Positions 1-11,000 of a stretch of DNA of 64,000 nt are shown one piece after another. Each line of letters begins with the position of its first letter. The first letter of the stretch is position 1. A program made the position numbers and the translations under genes. The DNA comes from an uncultured Pseudomonadota bacterium (lineage in GTDB: Bacteria > Oederibacteriota > Muellerivitia > Muellerivitales > Muellerivitaceae): positions 736,001-800,000 of the forward strand of contig CAWIIP010000004.1 in assembly GCA_963836235.1 (NCBI GenBank), written 5' to 3'. The notes under the pieces are model-generated. The model ran no database searches, was not told the DNA's origin, and saw only the letters and a list, made by a program, of their open reading frames with translations.

Positions 1-338
1 TCGTCAATATGCCCGACCCGAATCGCCCGGGCCAAACTCTCGCCAATATTCCTGACTTATTCAACCAGCAGGTTTATGACGCGTCGGTCTTATACCAGGT
101 GGCGAAAAACCTGAACTTGCTGGCGGATTATGGCTGGGAAATTTGGACTTCCAATTACACCTATCCCCTCGTCAACTTCCGAACCGATGCTATCGGCGCG
201 GGGCTTGCTTATGACCTGCCCTGGGGTGGCGGCAAATTTGAAATAAGGTACAAGCATTTGAACTACCAGGATTATTCGATCCTGGCCAATAGTTACCAAG
301 CGAACCAAATTTATTCGTATCTCTTGTTCCAGTTTTAA
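1..338 (+). CDS. Outer-membrane beta-barrel protein, C-terminal fragment (gene begins before the window)
   Basis: Frame is open from the window edge. Alternating aromatic/hydrophobic beta-strands and a C-terminal beta-signal-like YLLFQF*. Sits directly upstream of two barrel genes. Confidence 0.65.
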   Translation, partial: VNMPDPNRPGQTLANIPDLFNQQVYDASVLYQVAKNLNLLADYGWEIWTSNYTYPLVNFRTDAIGAGLAYDLPWGGGKFEIRYKHLNYQDYSILANSYQANQIYSYLLFQF

Positions 339-341
339 ACG

Positions 342-2588
342 ATGTTTTGGAAAAAGTGGAAAGGTGAAAAAGTGCTAAAAGTCGGGGAAAAATTGAAATC
401 CACGGTTCTCTTCCGGGCCCTCGCGCTTTTTTTCGTGATGGCTTTTCCGGCAATGGCCGACCACGGTCCTTTGACCACCATCGAAAGAAACAATTGGATT
501 GATTCTTCCGTCGGAGACCTGGTGTCCGCCGGGTTAGCACCGGCTCCTAATAAGCCGGTTGGGTCCATGACCAACCTGGAAGTGGCCCAATTGACCAAGG
601 GGGCAGCGGAGCTTTGGATGGCCCAAGCGACCCTGCCGCCGGGGCCTGGACAAGCCGCGGTTTCCACCACGCCAGAAGCGGCGACGAAAAGTCTTGCGGA
701 ATTGGTGGAAGAATTCAAAAAAGAACTTTCCCTCATGGAAGTAGACGTGACCAAGTTGGAAGACCGGATTTATGACCAGGAACATCGCAACGAAAAATTT
801 GAGGCCCTCCAGATGGAGTATCTGAAACAAACGGGAACCAGCCTATCGGGAACCTCCAAGGGATATTTTGACACTTATCGCGGTATAGGCGCCAACGCCA
901 TTTATGGACCCATGGTTTATGACGACATCATGATGGGGGATATCATCCTCAAAAGCGTGCCGGTCCCCTTCGTGCTTTTCGACGCTGATATCCGAATTGC
1001 CAGAACAATCGGCCTCTATTACGCCGACCCGATCAATCCTAGTTTTTCCTTGCGGTGGCTTTCCCTGACTAACACCAACGAAATCTGTAATCTTACGGCG
1101 GGTGACATCTACCGGCATTACACACCCCTTACCCTTTGGAACAACGAATTTCCGGTTTACACCCTAACGGAGCCAACCTCCTATTACCGCATTCGTAAGG
1201 ATATTGAGGAGAATGTCTATTTGGATCACGGGTCCGATTGGCGTCTGCGTGGCTTTGAGGCTGCATCCGACCAGAAGCTGGATAAGAGTCCTATCCTCAG
1301 TTCGTTCCACCTACAGGCCATGGCCGGGGAACTGGCCTCGGCGAGCCAATACACCTTTGCCAATGATTACGCCGGTGGTGAGGCTGCCCTGGACTTTTTT
1401 GACGACAACCTTGAGTTGAAAAGCACCGCTCTCATGTTGTGGGATGACACTGGGACATCAAATGTTCCTTATATTCCCCTGTTGATTTCCACTTTTGCTA
1501 AAACCTATAAAATTGGAAGTTTATCTTCCACCGCGACCCTTCCTTTCGAAAAAAATCTCGATGTTAAGGGATTAGTGGAATGGGCTGGCAGTTCGTACCA
1601 GGATAATTCCCAAAACGCCCAAAGCGTTGTTCAGGATTGGGCGTTATTGGCCAAGGGTTCTATCGATTTGGAAGCTCTTCATTTAAATGCAAAATACCTG
1701 AATATCGGTCCTTATTTTTACTCGCCTGGCGCCCAAACCAACGGTTTTACTCCCGCCTTGGGAACGAATGATTATTTGACCAATAGCCTCATTGACGAGG
1801 GGTTGAACGGCGCTCTCAATAACTATGTGTTTCAAAGCGTGGGCCGTCCCGCTTTTGCCCCTTATGACCGGATGGCTGAAAACACGCTTCCTTACGGAGA
1901 TGCTACGCCGGATCGGGAAGCGCTCATTCTCGGGTTCTCCGCTGAAATCGGAAAGGATGGTTGGCTCAAACCCCAGGGGACTTATACGGTATTTGCCCAA
2001 GAGCTCCAGCCTGATTATGTCTTGACCCCGGCGGGTAACAGCGTTCTCCCGGTGGATTCGGCCAGCCCGACTACCAATTTTCGGAAATTTGGCGGCTATG
2101 AGGGGGCACTGACTTTGGATTTCGCTAAAGCCATAGAGAACTCACTTTCCACCTGGGACCTTTCAGGCGATTACAAGCACCAGACTACGGATTTGGGCCT
2201 GGGGCAGCCGCCTTTTACCGTCAATACCTTGATCGTAAGCGCCGATGCCGGGCCTTTCCCTGGGGTTCCGCTTTTTGAGGGGTTGGTCCTCTCCGGAGCT
2301 TATGAGCAGGCCAAATCCACTGGGAGTGAATACTCTTTAAACAACGTGGGAGAACCCCCGACCTTGGCCAGCTATTCCTCTTATTTTGATAGCGGATCCA
2401 TCGGGAATTATCTTTACCAAGCCCTCGACATCAACCGTACTTCCTGGGCGATTGGCGTTAAATGTCCGATCAGTAAGACCTTCGATATTCATGGCGATGT
2501 TTTTATCAACAAATACACATGGGGTGACGTGCCGAGCTTCGACCGGCGGGAATATATATGGAGAATGATGTATGACCTTACGTTCTAA
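342..2588 (+). CDS. Outer-membrane barrel protein with degenerate SLH-like N-terminus and coiled coil (OmpM/SomA-like architecture)
   Basis: Signal peptide (..FPAMA), degenerate SLH (NNWIDSSVGDLVSAGL..MTNLEVAQL), coiled coil (LAELVEEFKKELSLMEVDVTKLEDR), C-terminal YDLTF*. True start may be a downstream GTG/TTG. Confidence 0.65.
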   Translation: MFWKKWKGEKVLKVGEKLKSTVLFRALALFFVMAFPAMADHGPLTTIERNNWIDSSVGDLVSAGLAPAPNKPVGSMTNLEVAQLTKGAAELWMAQATLPPGPGQAAVSTTPEAATKSLAELVEEFKKELSLMEVDVTKLEDRIYDQEHRNEKFEALQMEYLKQTGTSLSGTSKGYFDTYRGIGANAIYGPMVYDDIMMGDIILKSVPVPFVLFDADIRIARTIGLYYADPINPSFSLRWLSLTNTNEICNLTAGDIYRHYTPLTLWNNEFPVYTLTEPTSYYRIRKDIEENVYLDHGSDWRLRGFEAASDQKLDKSPILSSFHLQAMAGELASASQYTFANDYAGGEAALDFFDDNLELKSTALMLWDDTGTSNVPYIPLLISTFAKTYKIGSLSSTATLPFEKNLDVKGLVEWAGSSYQDNSQNAQSVVQDWALLAKGSIDLEALHLNAKYLNIGPYFYSPGAQTNGFTPALGTNDYLTNSLIDEGLNGALNNYVFQSVGRPAFAPYDRMAENTLPYGDATPDREALILGFSAEIGKDGWLKPQGTYTVFAQELQPDYVLTPAGNSVLPVDSASPTTNFRKFGGYEGALTLDFAKAIENSLSTWDLSGDYKHQTTDLGLGQPPFTVNTLIVSADAGPFPGVPLFEGLVLSGAYEQAKSTGSEYSLNNVGEPPTLASYSSYFDSGSIGNYLYQALDINRTSWAIGVKCPISKTFDIHGDVFINKYTWGDVPSFDRREYIWRMMYDLTF

Positions 2589-4887
2589 ACTTTTCTTACT
2601 ATTAATGGCCCTCTTTCTTTCTTTGCCTATGGCGGCGGGAGCGGCTTCAGGGGATGATTTTTTCACCGTGGTTCCAACGGGAGATCCCACTTACGCCGAG
2701 TTGAAACATTTAGCGGAGGCAGGCTGGATTTCCAATAAAGACCTGGCTCCCTCCCTGACTCGTTACGACGTAACCCAATTGATCCTGAAGGCGGAAAAAA
2801 ATCGTGATGGGATTGTGGTGGCCCAGGCAGATATGGACATCCCACCCCCGCCGGACGCCAATGCGCCCGCTTCCAGCGCCGATATCATTGCCGCCCCTAC
2901 CACCCAAACCGAAGCCACGGCCGCGGCTACTGAGGAGGCGACCAGGACCCAAGCCATCCAGAGTCTGAACAGCCTGGAGGATGCCTACCAATATGAATTG
3001 AAACTGGTGAAAGACAAGGTTCAAGCCCTGACGGACAAGGTCAATGACATTGACGCCCAGCAATATGACCTTCGAAAGCGCATCAAGGGTATTTCCCAGT
3101 TTCCGACCATCGCGGTCCATGGCATGGGACGGGCCTATGGTTTTTCCCAGCAATATAATTATGGAGATTCGGGCTTATCTTTTATTTACCCCGGTGCCCG
3201 TTATACCTTCGGCTTTTTGGATTTACAGCCGGAAGGAACGGTTTCAAAGGAAGTTAGCTGGAGTACCATTCTGCGTTTAGGATCCGTTTTTGAGCCTAAT
3301 GACAGTCCTGTTTTTAATCTTCGGCGCGTCACGATGAATTTTAATCCGCCTTGGTTTTCCACTAAGGTGGGTGACTTCGACGAAGCCTACACCCCGCTGA
3401 TGCTTTGGAACAGGGACAGTTTGGACATAGCATATAAACCTGAGATGTGGGCCCGCCAGGATGATGAAGCCAAGTATGAGAGCTTTCTCAACAACGAACC
3501 CTATTGGCCCCTGCGGGGATTGAAAATAGGCACGGACGCTATGTGGCCTGATTCACCCGTGCTGGATGAATTAAAAGGTTCAGTTTTCGTCCATATGATC
3601 CGTAACGGTTTTAATGATAACGGGGGATGGTACATCGGCCCCAATGAATTCACCGATTTGGTTTTCGGGGGAACCGCCGAGGTGAAATCGCAAAAATGGT
3701 ATATAGGTGGAATGTCGGTTCAAACAGCTGTTGATACTTATGGGCTCATTTATGATGAACCTATCCAGACCGAACAACCGGGTTCTCCTTATGGTACCTA
3801 TACTCCCTCGACTTGGGCCCACCAATATTTGCTGGGGAGCGTAAAGCCGGATTTGAAGGTGGGTTTGGGTGGAGATCTGTATGTGGGCGGTACGATGGAA
3901 TCCGCCTATTCCAGCTATCAGGATAATAAACAGAATCCCGACAGTGTTTCGACTGACTTTGCACTTCTGGGCGGCCCTTACGTTCAATTCGGTAAATCAC
4001 GGATTTCTTTTAATTATCTCAATGTCGGTCCTTATTATTATTCCCCGCTGGCCCAGACCCGCCAAGACGGCGTCGATCTTTCGAATTATCCGAACTACAA
4101 TTTCGTTATTTCTCCGGAACTTTCAGAAGCGCCCTTGCGTAATCAGTACTTTCTGTCCGACCTTCCAAGAGCGGGCGGGATTTTTGGCTTCTATGACCGC
4201 ACCCAGGACAATACTTTCCCTTATGGTTTGGCGACTCCGAACCGGGAAGGATTTGGCGGGGAATTGGACGTAAAAGCCCTACAAAAAGACTCTTTGAAGA
4301 TCAAGGGTTCGGCTTACTTTGTCCAGGAAATCAGTGGTAACCTTGTAGTAAATGGGGCGGGTACCGGTTTTATTCCGGTGGATAGCCCAACCGGGTCGCT
4401 TCTCGAACCGATTCGGAATTTTACTTATGTCAACATCGGCCCCTCGTTCAATTTGGGACCCTATATTGGGTTTGACCGGGATTTGGAAGTGGGGACCAAT
4501 GTTCGTTATGAACAAACCAATAGTGTTTTAGGAACTTTGACTAGCGCTTGGTTTATTGGGAGCCTCAAGGTGGGAATACTGCCCGTGTGGGATGTGACGG
4601 TGGCTGGAAGTTACCAGGCTATCAATGGATCGGACGAAGGATATGAAGGATCCCTTTTTGCCCGTTATTCGTACCTTTATGATAATTCCGATTTGGGGGA
4701 TTACCGGTTATTTACCGTCAATGGGGACATCGAAAGCGTGAGATTTTCAAACGCAATTAAAGTCAACCGCAATTCCAATATTTATGTGGACTACGATTAT
4801 ACCCGTGGAAATATCATTCCCTACCAAACGGTTCAAGGGATGCTGGGAAATCAATTCATGGAGTTGACGTATGAAGTCAAGTTTTAA
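2572..4887 (+). CDS. SLH-like/coiled-coil outer-membrane barrel protein, paralog of 342-2588
   Basis: Signal peptide, SLH-like FTVVPTGDPTYAELKHLAEAGWI..LTRYDVTQL, coiled coil, motifs shared with the previous gene (YTPLxLWN, YLNxGPYxYSPxAQT, PYGxATPxRE), C-terminal YEVKF*. Confidence 0.7.
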   Translation: MTLRSKLFLLLMALFLSLPMAAGAASGDDFFTVVPTGDPTYAELKHLAEAGWISNKDLAPSLTRYDVTQLILKAEKNRDGIVVAQADMDIPPPPDANAPASSADIIAAPTTQTEATAAATEEATRTQAIQSLNSLEDAYQYELKLVKDKVQALTDKVNDIDAQQYDLRKRIKGISQFPTIAVHGMGRAYGFSQQYNYGDSGLSFIYPGARYTFGFLDLQPEGTVSKEVSWSTILRLGSVFEPNDSPVFNLRRVTMNFNPPWFSTKVGDFDEAYTPLMLWNRDSLDIAYKPEMWARQDDEAKYESFLNNEPYWPLRGLKIGTDAMWPDSPVLDELKGSVFVHMIRNGFNDNGGWYIGPNEFTDLVFGGTAEVKSQKWYIGGMSVQTAVDTYGLIYDEPIQTEQPGSPYGTYTPSTWAHQYLLGSVKPDLKVGLGGDLYVGGTMESAYSSYQDNKQNPDSVSTDFALLGGPYVQFGKSRISFNYLNVGPYYYSPLAQTRQDGVDLSNYPNYNFVISPELSEAPLRNQYFLSDLPRAGGIFGFYDRTQDNTFPYGLATPNREGFGGELDVKALQKDSLKIKGSAYFVQEISGNLVVNGAGTGFIPVDSPTGSLLEPIRNFTYVNIGPSFNLGPYIGFDRDLEVGTNVRYEQTNSVLGTLTSAWFIGSLKVGILPVWDVTVAGSYQAINGSDEGYEGSLFARYSYLYDNSDLGDYRLFTVNGDIESVRFSNAIKVNRNSNIYVDYDYTRGNIIPYQTVQGMLGNQFMELTYEVKF

Positions 4888-5626
4888 ACTTTTGCCGCTA
4901 TTGGCGGTGTTGGGTGGGGTAGGGTGGGTCGGTTGTAAAACCGAAACGCCGACCAGCTATCTTTCATCAAGTGGGCCCAATCCGGCCATGATCGTTAACT
5001 TTGAAGGAGCCACTCCGCTGAATGTCAATCCGAACCTTGCCGAGGCGGGTGAACCAGGAAGCGTGGTACAAAAACCGGGTATTATCGCGGCGACCGGTAG
5101 CCCTCTGGTGACTCCCCAAGTGGTAACTTCGGGTGCTGATAATACGGCCCATTGTGTTTGGATGAATAGCCCGGTTTCCGATCCGGGTAACGGCAGTTAT
5201 CCTGCCGTGGAATTAGTGGTTCCTTTGGAAACGGCTGGCAGTGGAATTTACAACGCCAGTTTATTCAGCGGGATAGAGTTTTATCTAAAAGTAATGGGAG
5301 ACGATACTGCGGGTACAAGGTCGTTCTCTGTGCCGGTGGTTCAAACTTCCGTGCCACCCCAAGGGACTTGCAATCCAAGCGCTTCAAGCAATGCCTGTTA
5401 CAATAATTTCGAGTATGTCTACAGCAGCACTGGCGGTGTTTGGCAGCTGGTGAGTCTTCCTTTTTCAGCCTTCACCCGTCAGAATTATGGATCTGCTATT
5501 TCGCCTTCAACTTTATCTGGGGCAAACTTACAACAGATTATTTCCCTGCAGTGGTCAGAGGGCAACAATAACGTAAAAGGTAATGTGAACGTGGATTTTT
5601 ATGTTGATGAAGTTCAGTTTTTTTGA
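4871..5626 (+). CDS. Lipoprotein with CBM11/CIA30-like carbohydrate-binding beta-sandwich
   Basis: Lipobox WVGC. Motifs YNASLFSGIEFYLK, WQLVSLPFSAF, IISLQW and terminal DFYVDEVQFF, typical of this fold. Confidence 0.6.
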   Translation: MKSSFKLLPLLAVLGGVGWVGCKTETPTSYLSSSGPNPAMIVNFEGATPLNVNPNLAEAGEPGSVVQKPGIIAATGSPLVTPQVVTSGADNTAHCVWMNSPVSDPGNGSYPAVELVVPLETAGSGIYNASLFSGIEFYLKVMGDDTAGTRSFSVPVVQTSVPPQGTCNPSASSNACYNNFEYVYSSTGGVWQLVSLPFSAFTRQNYGSAISPSTLSGANLQQIISLQWSEGNNNVKGNVNVDFYVDEVQFF

Positions 5627-5670
5627 AAAGAATTCTTGAGTTTTGCAGTTCTGGGTAATGGGGGTGGAAT

Positions 5671-6525
5671 GTGTGTGTTTTTCAAAATAAAAAAGAAAAA
5701 AGTTTTTTATTTTTTTCGGCACTGATGTTTATTTTCGCAACTTTAACTTTGTGGTTTCAACAAGGCTGTTCAGCTAACTATCCGCCGGTAACCGCGATGG
5801 TTGCGACAGCCACGCCTTCCCTTGCGGCGAATATTATCAGCAATTTCGGGGCGGGGACGACCATGGTGAATCCGACTTTAAGTGGCACTAACCAGCAGGC
5901 GGTAATAGCGGCGGGAGGCTCTACCGGGACTAATACGAATGGGAATGCAGGTTCGGTAACAGTTACTAAGAACTATGCTGGGTACTTTAGTACAAATACC
6001 TATGGAGGAAGTCCGGCCAATAAAATTAACAGCCCTTTTATACTTCCGAACCCAGGGGACGGAAGTAGTTTTGCCATCAACATCAATTGTCCATTATCGG
6101 ATCCCCTTCCTTCTGCTTATCCAGCGGATGATTTAATTTGTAACTTAGTGAGCGGTGGTACTTCGCCTTATTTCGACGCAACTGGGTTTAATGGGATTCA
6201 ATTTGAACTCAATATTCTTCCGGATGACACGAATACCAATCGTGTATTCCAAATTGCAATTGACGTATTAACTCCGACCAGCACTCTGGGAGGGACTTGC
6301 ACCTCGGGCTGTTATAATTATTACCAGGTTGTATTGTCCCCTACTGCCGGTTGGGCTAACGAAAAATATGCTTGGAATTCAATAACAATTCCCTATGGAA
6401 CGAATCCCGGGCCTCTTTCGACGCACCTTACAAAGCTCCTTTTTTTACAATGGGGGTTTAGTGACAATGGAGCCGGAAAAAATACTAATACGGATTTCTG
6501 GATCGATAACGTTAGTTTCTATTGA
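5671..6525 (+). CDS. Lipoprotein with CBM11/CIA30-like domain, paralog of 4871-5626
   Basis: Lipobox-like QQGC. FDATGFNGIQF, GTC..CYNYY, FLQW, terminal DFWIDNVSFY. Confidence 0.6.
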   Translation: MCVFQNKKEKSFLFFSALMFIFATLTLWFQQGCSANYPPVTAMVATATPSLAANIISNFGAGTTMVNPTLSGTNQQAVIAAGGSTGTNTNGNAGSVTVTKNYAGYFSTNTYGGSPANKINSPFILPNPGDGSSFAININCPLSDPLPSAYPADDLICNLVSGGTSPYFDATGFNGIQFELNILPDDTNTNRVFQIAIDVLTPTSTLGGTCTSGCYNYYQVVLSPTAGWANEKYAWNSITIPYGTNPGPLSTHLTKLLFLQWGFSDNGAGKNTNTDFWIDNVSFY

Positions 6526-6545
6526 TTGTTAAAATTCATCGTTTC

Positions 6546-6577
6546 AAAGCCGGGCGTTTAACCGTCCGGCTTTTTTT
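6546..6577 (+). terminator. Rho-independent terminator after the barrel/lipoprotein operon
   Basis: Stem AAAGCCGGGCG / CGTCCGGCTTT (one G-U pair), 6-nt loop, T7 run at 6571-6577. Confidence 0.85.
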
Positions 6578-6672
6578 ATGGAATTTTGAAGGGTGAAGGG
6601 TTTGTAATCTCTGAGAAATTGGGGAAATAAACCATTTTAGCTGGTTATAATGAGCGACCTCTGGAGGAAGCT

Positions 6673-7977
6673 ATGAAAAAAAGTTCCGCGATTTTAAAAA
6701 ATTTTCTAGCTATTGTGATGATCTCGGTTTTGGTCCACTTTGCGGGTTGTGTGATGAAAAAAAATAATAGCGGTATTGTCCTGCGATGCATGGGATGGGG
6801 GGGGACGGAAGAGGCCGTCATTCTTCAAAAGGCGGTGGATGAGTTCAAAAAAGCCCATCCCGGCGTGGAAGTGGAGCTGGAACGGGCGCCTTACGCCGAA
6901 TATATCACCAAAGTATTGACCCAATTTTCGGGAGGCCTTGCCCCGGACGTGATGGCGGTGAATGCCGAACAAATGATAGCCTTCGCTTCCCGGGGAATAT
7001 TTACCGACTTAAAACCCTTTGTGGATAAAGATCCTTCCATAAAACTCACGGACTTTTACCCCGAGGCGATTGATCATTACACCGTGAACGGTGTCCTAAC
7101 CGCTTTGCCAAGGGACATCGCGCCTATCGCCGTCATTTATTACAACAAGAAAAAATTCGACGAGGCTGGCGTGCCTTACCCGAAGGATGACTGGGCCATG
7201 GATGATCTTTTGACCACTGCCCAGAAGCTTACCAAGAAAGATGCGACGGGGAAAATTACCCAATTCGGGTTCGTTGGAGCCGATAACTCCCCCGCTTGGG
7301 ATGCTTGGGTTTACGCTTGGGGCGGCGCGTTGGTGGATGACGAAAAAAAGCCCACTCGTTGCATGGTCGACAGCCCACAGGCCATCGCGGGGGTTCAATA
7401 CCTGGCTGATTTGGTCTCGAAATACCATGTCATGCCGAGTCTGGCAAACCTGACGTCGATGGGGAGCATGGGCAACTCGGATCTTTTCATGAACGGTACT
7501 GTCGCCATGTTTTATTCTGGCATCTGGCTGGTGCCCCAGTTCCGGCAAATAAAGAATTTTGATTGGGACGTGGTGGAATTCCCGAAGGGTCCCACGGGAC
7601 TTAGGTCTTTCCCCTTGAGCGCGGCGGGGTATGGAATTGTGAAGGGAACTAAAAACCCCGATTTGGCTTATGAGTTAGTGAAATATTTGGCAGGGGAAAC
7701 GGGGGAAAAGTTCATGACGGCGACGGGTTTGACACAGCCTGCCATAAAGTCGCTGGCCCAATCACCGGTCTTTTTGGACGGCCAGACGCCCAAGTCGAAA
7801 GGTTTCCTGGTGGATGCCGTGCGGTACGGTCATTTCCAACCGCTTGATCCCAATGTGGCCGAATGGATGGCGCGTATCGAATCGGAACTGGACAAGGTTT
7901 GGAGCGGGGAAGAAACCGCTTCCCAAGCCTTGAAGAAGGCCGCCGCAGAAGTAAACGGGAAGTTTTTTAAAAAATAG
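6673..7977 (+). CDS. Sugar ABC transporter substrate-binding lipoprotein (SBP family 1)
   Basis: GGAGG RBS, lipobox FAGC, motifs APDVM, LPRD..VIYYNK, FMNGTVAMF, WDVVEFPKGP. Confidence 0.9.
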   Translation: MKKSSAILKNFLAIVMISVLVHFAGCVMKKNNSGIVLRCMGWGGTEEAVILQKAVDEFKKAHPGVEVELERAPYAEYITKVLTQFSGGLAPDVMAVNAEQMIAFASRGIFTDLKPFVDKDPSIKLTDFYPEAIDHYTVNGVLTALPRDIAPIAVIYYNKKKFDEAGVPYPKDDWAMDDLLTTAQKLTKKDATGKITQFGFVGADNSPAWDAWVYAWGGALVDDEKKPTRCMVDSPQAIAGVQYLADLVSKYHVMPSLANLTSMGSMGNSDLFMNGTVAMFYSGIWLVPQFRQIKNFDWDVVEFPKGPTGLRSFPLSAAGYGIVKGTKNPDLAYELVKYLAGETGEKFMTATGLTQPAIKSLAQSPVFLDGQTPKSKGFLVDAVRYGHFQPLDPNVAEWMARIESELDKVWSGEETASQALKKAAAEVNGKFFKK

Positions 7978-8024
7978 TATTGGTTTTGGTCGTTCCTTGC
8001 CACCAAAAGATTTAAAGGTACTTC

Positions 8025-11000
8025 ATGATCCTTTTATTCAATGAACCTGACTTTCCAACCTTTGGCACTTTGCCCTTGCCCCTGGCATTGTTGAAAAAAT
8101 CCTTGGCATCAGCCGGGCCCGTTACAGTGGTGGGACTAGAAGGCCTCCGTGATTTAGACCCGCTAAAAGTCGATTTGGTGGTATTGCCCTATGGTTCTGC
8201 TTTTCCAAAAGACGCATGGGAGGGCCTTTATGGCTATTTCCTGAAAGGCGGGAATCTTCTGGCCCTGGGGGGAAGGCCCTTGGAAGTTCCGGTTCGAAAA
8301 GTCGGGAATAAATGGGAAGTGGAACCCACTCAGACCGCCTATTACCAAAGCTTAGGTATTGAGCAACTCAATAGGGTGCCTATTGCCAGGGTCAAGAAAC
8401 ACCAGGCTGTTCCAGGCGAGGAAAGCTTACAGGGGTTATCCTTCGGACCTATGGAATCCCATTCTTTGATGCCGCGTTTCACCGAGGCGGACGAGGAAAA
8501 CCGTACCGGCTCCACCGGGCCCATGGATGGGGAGTTAAAGCCCCTTCTGTGGGGATTGGACGATCGTGGCCGCAGGGTGTCCTGCCCGGCCGCCCTTATT
8601 GACCGCTACCAAGGCCGTTTCGCCGGAGGCCGTTGGGCTTTTTTAGCCGCCGATCTGCCCCGTTGGAGTGATTCGCTGGCCCAAATGATTTCCCGTTTGG
8701 CGTTGGCCTCCAAAGGCGGGTCCCTTCAAGTAACCTTGAGGCCAGGGTTGGCCTGTTACCAACCAGGATCACAGCCTGTCCTGAACCTTTGGGTAAGGGG
8801 ACATGAATTCCAGGACCGCAATCTCCAAGTGGATTATCAAGTCTTCCAAGAAAATGAAAAAGTTTATTCTCAAAGTCTTAAGGTAAGCGTGAAAAGAGCG
8901 TCTCACTACCAGACCATGTCTTTACCTATAACCGTAGAGCCAGGGCTGTATCGGATTGAAGCCCGTGTATCCGTGAACGGACGTTATTCCCATACGCTTC
9001 AGCAGGGTTTTTGGGGCTGGGACGGTAATTTATTAAAGAGTGCTCCGGTTATCACCGTCCAGGGCACCCGTTTTTTGAAGGATGGAAAGACTATTCCCGT
9101 CATCGGCACGACCTATATGGCGGGTGATGTTTCCCGCAAATTCATCACTATGCCCAATCCGATGGTGTGGGATGGGGATATGGCTGAAATGGAGGCATCG
9201 GGTATCAATATGGTACGGACCGGAGTCTGGGCCGCGCATCGGCAGGTGGCGCTAGACGCGGGCAACAGCCGGGAAGACGTACTTTGCTCCATGGACGCTT
9301 TTATCCTGACTAGCTTGAAACATGGCTTGGCGGTCACTTTTAATTTTTTCTCTTTTATCCCGGACATGTTTCCTTCCGACCACCCCTATCTGGACCCCCG
9401 GGCTCTTTCGCTCCAGCGTGAATATATGCTTTCTTTCATTCAGCGTTACGCTTCGATCCCTTCCGTCATGTGGGATTTCATTAATGAACCCTCGGTCACC
9501 AACCCCGAGGCGCTATGGAAAACCCGACCTCTGCCCGGCAAGTTGGAAAAGACGGCTTTCATTGAGTATTTGAAAAAGAAACATGGGGATATCGAAACCC
9601 TTCGCGTGCGCTGGAATATGACGCCGGAGGAACTTTGTTCCTGGGACCAGGTGGAACTTCCCAACGAAAACGACTTTGCCGAGCCATGGGCCCCCGGCAG
9701 TCATCTGGTGCGTTCGCCCCGGGCTTACGACTTTAACCGTTTCGGCCAGGAAATCTTTGCCAACTGGGTGAAGGGCCACGTGGCCGTTTTAAAGGAAGCT
9801 ACGAACCAACTTTTTTGCGTTGGCCAGGACGAGGGTGGGGTTTCCTCCAAGCGACCGAATAACCACCTTTTCCACGAGCCTCTCGACTTCGCCTGTAACC
9901 ATACCTGGTGGGAGATCGAGGATATGGTTACGGGCGTGACGGCGGCCCGGGTCAAGGGCAAGCCTTTCTTGGCCCAGGAAACGGGCATCATGTTTTCCGA
10001 TAACCTGAACCGAATGAAGCGGCGCACGGAAGAAGAAGCGGGCAAGCTCTTCGAACGAAAACTGGCCGCCAGTTTCATGGGTGGAGCAGGATTTATCCAA
10101 TGGTGTTGGAACATCAACCAGTTCATGAGTGATCGCAATGAGGTACATATCGGGGCTTACCGGGTAGATAAGACCGCAAGGCCTGAAGCCTTGGTGATGC
10201 AGGCTTTCGGCGAATTTTTTCAAAAAGCCACGCCCTATCTCCAAGAAGAACCGGAAGAGGCCACGGTGGCGGTGGTGGAATCCTTAACCGGCCTTCTTTC
10301 TTCCAAATCCCATACCCAGTCCGCCCAACGAATGGCCCATCGGGTTCTGGCGGCGCTTCGAATACCCGTTCACACATTGGCGGAACATGAATTTGACCGT
10401 CTGACAGGGGAGAAAACCATCCTCTTTCCCTCCGTCAAACGCCTTGGTGGACAAGCCATAAAGGGTTGGATGAAAGCCGCAAAAGGCAGGACCCTTTGGG
10501 TTTCGGGGCCGGTGGCCCAGGACGGTTGGGGGCTGGCTACCGAAGGTCTTTCCCCTTTTGGTGTTAGTGAAAAAAGGGTAGAAGTGTTGCCGGAAGAAGC
10601 ATTAGATATGAAATCCGTGAAATTGACTTTGAATTATGGAACGCATAAGACGGGCATCACGGATAAAGACGCATCTTTGCCTTCGCAACTTCATCGGATT
10701 AGTAAAAACGGATCGGTTCTTTATTACTCTCCTGTGCCGGTTGAAGCCAACGACCAACGTAGTAGCGTGGAGATTTTTTACCGATATTTATCGGCCGTTT
10801 CCAAGGTTAAGCCCTATTGTGAATTAAAGGGAGCCGGGTTTTTTGAAGTGACTGTTCTGCCCCGGCGTTTTTCCAAGACTTCGCTTTATATTGCCTTGAA
10901 TGAAAGTTCGGAAAATCAAATAGTTCAAATAAAAGATAATCGGTTTGGATTCAAGGCGGTTTTGAGGATTCCATCGGGACGGTCCGCAATGACGATATTT

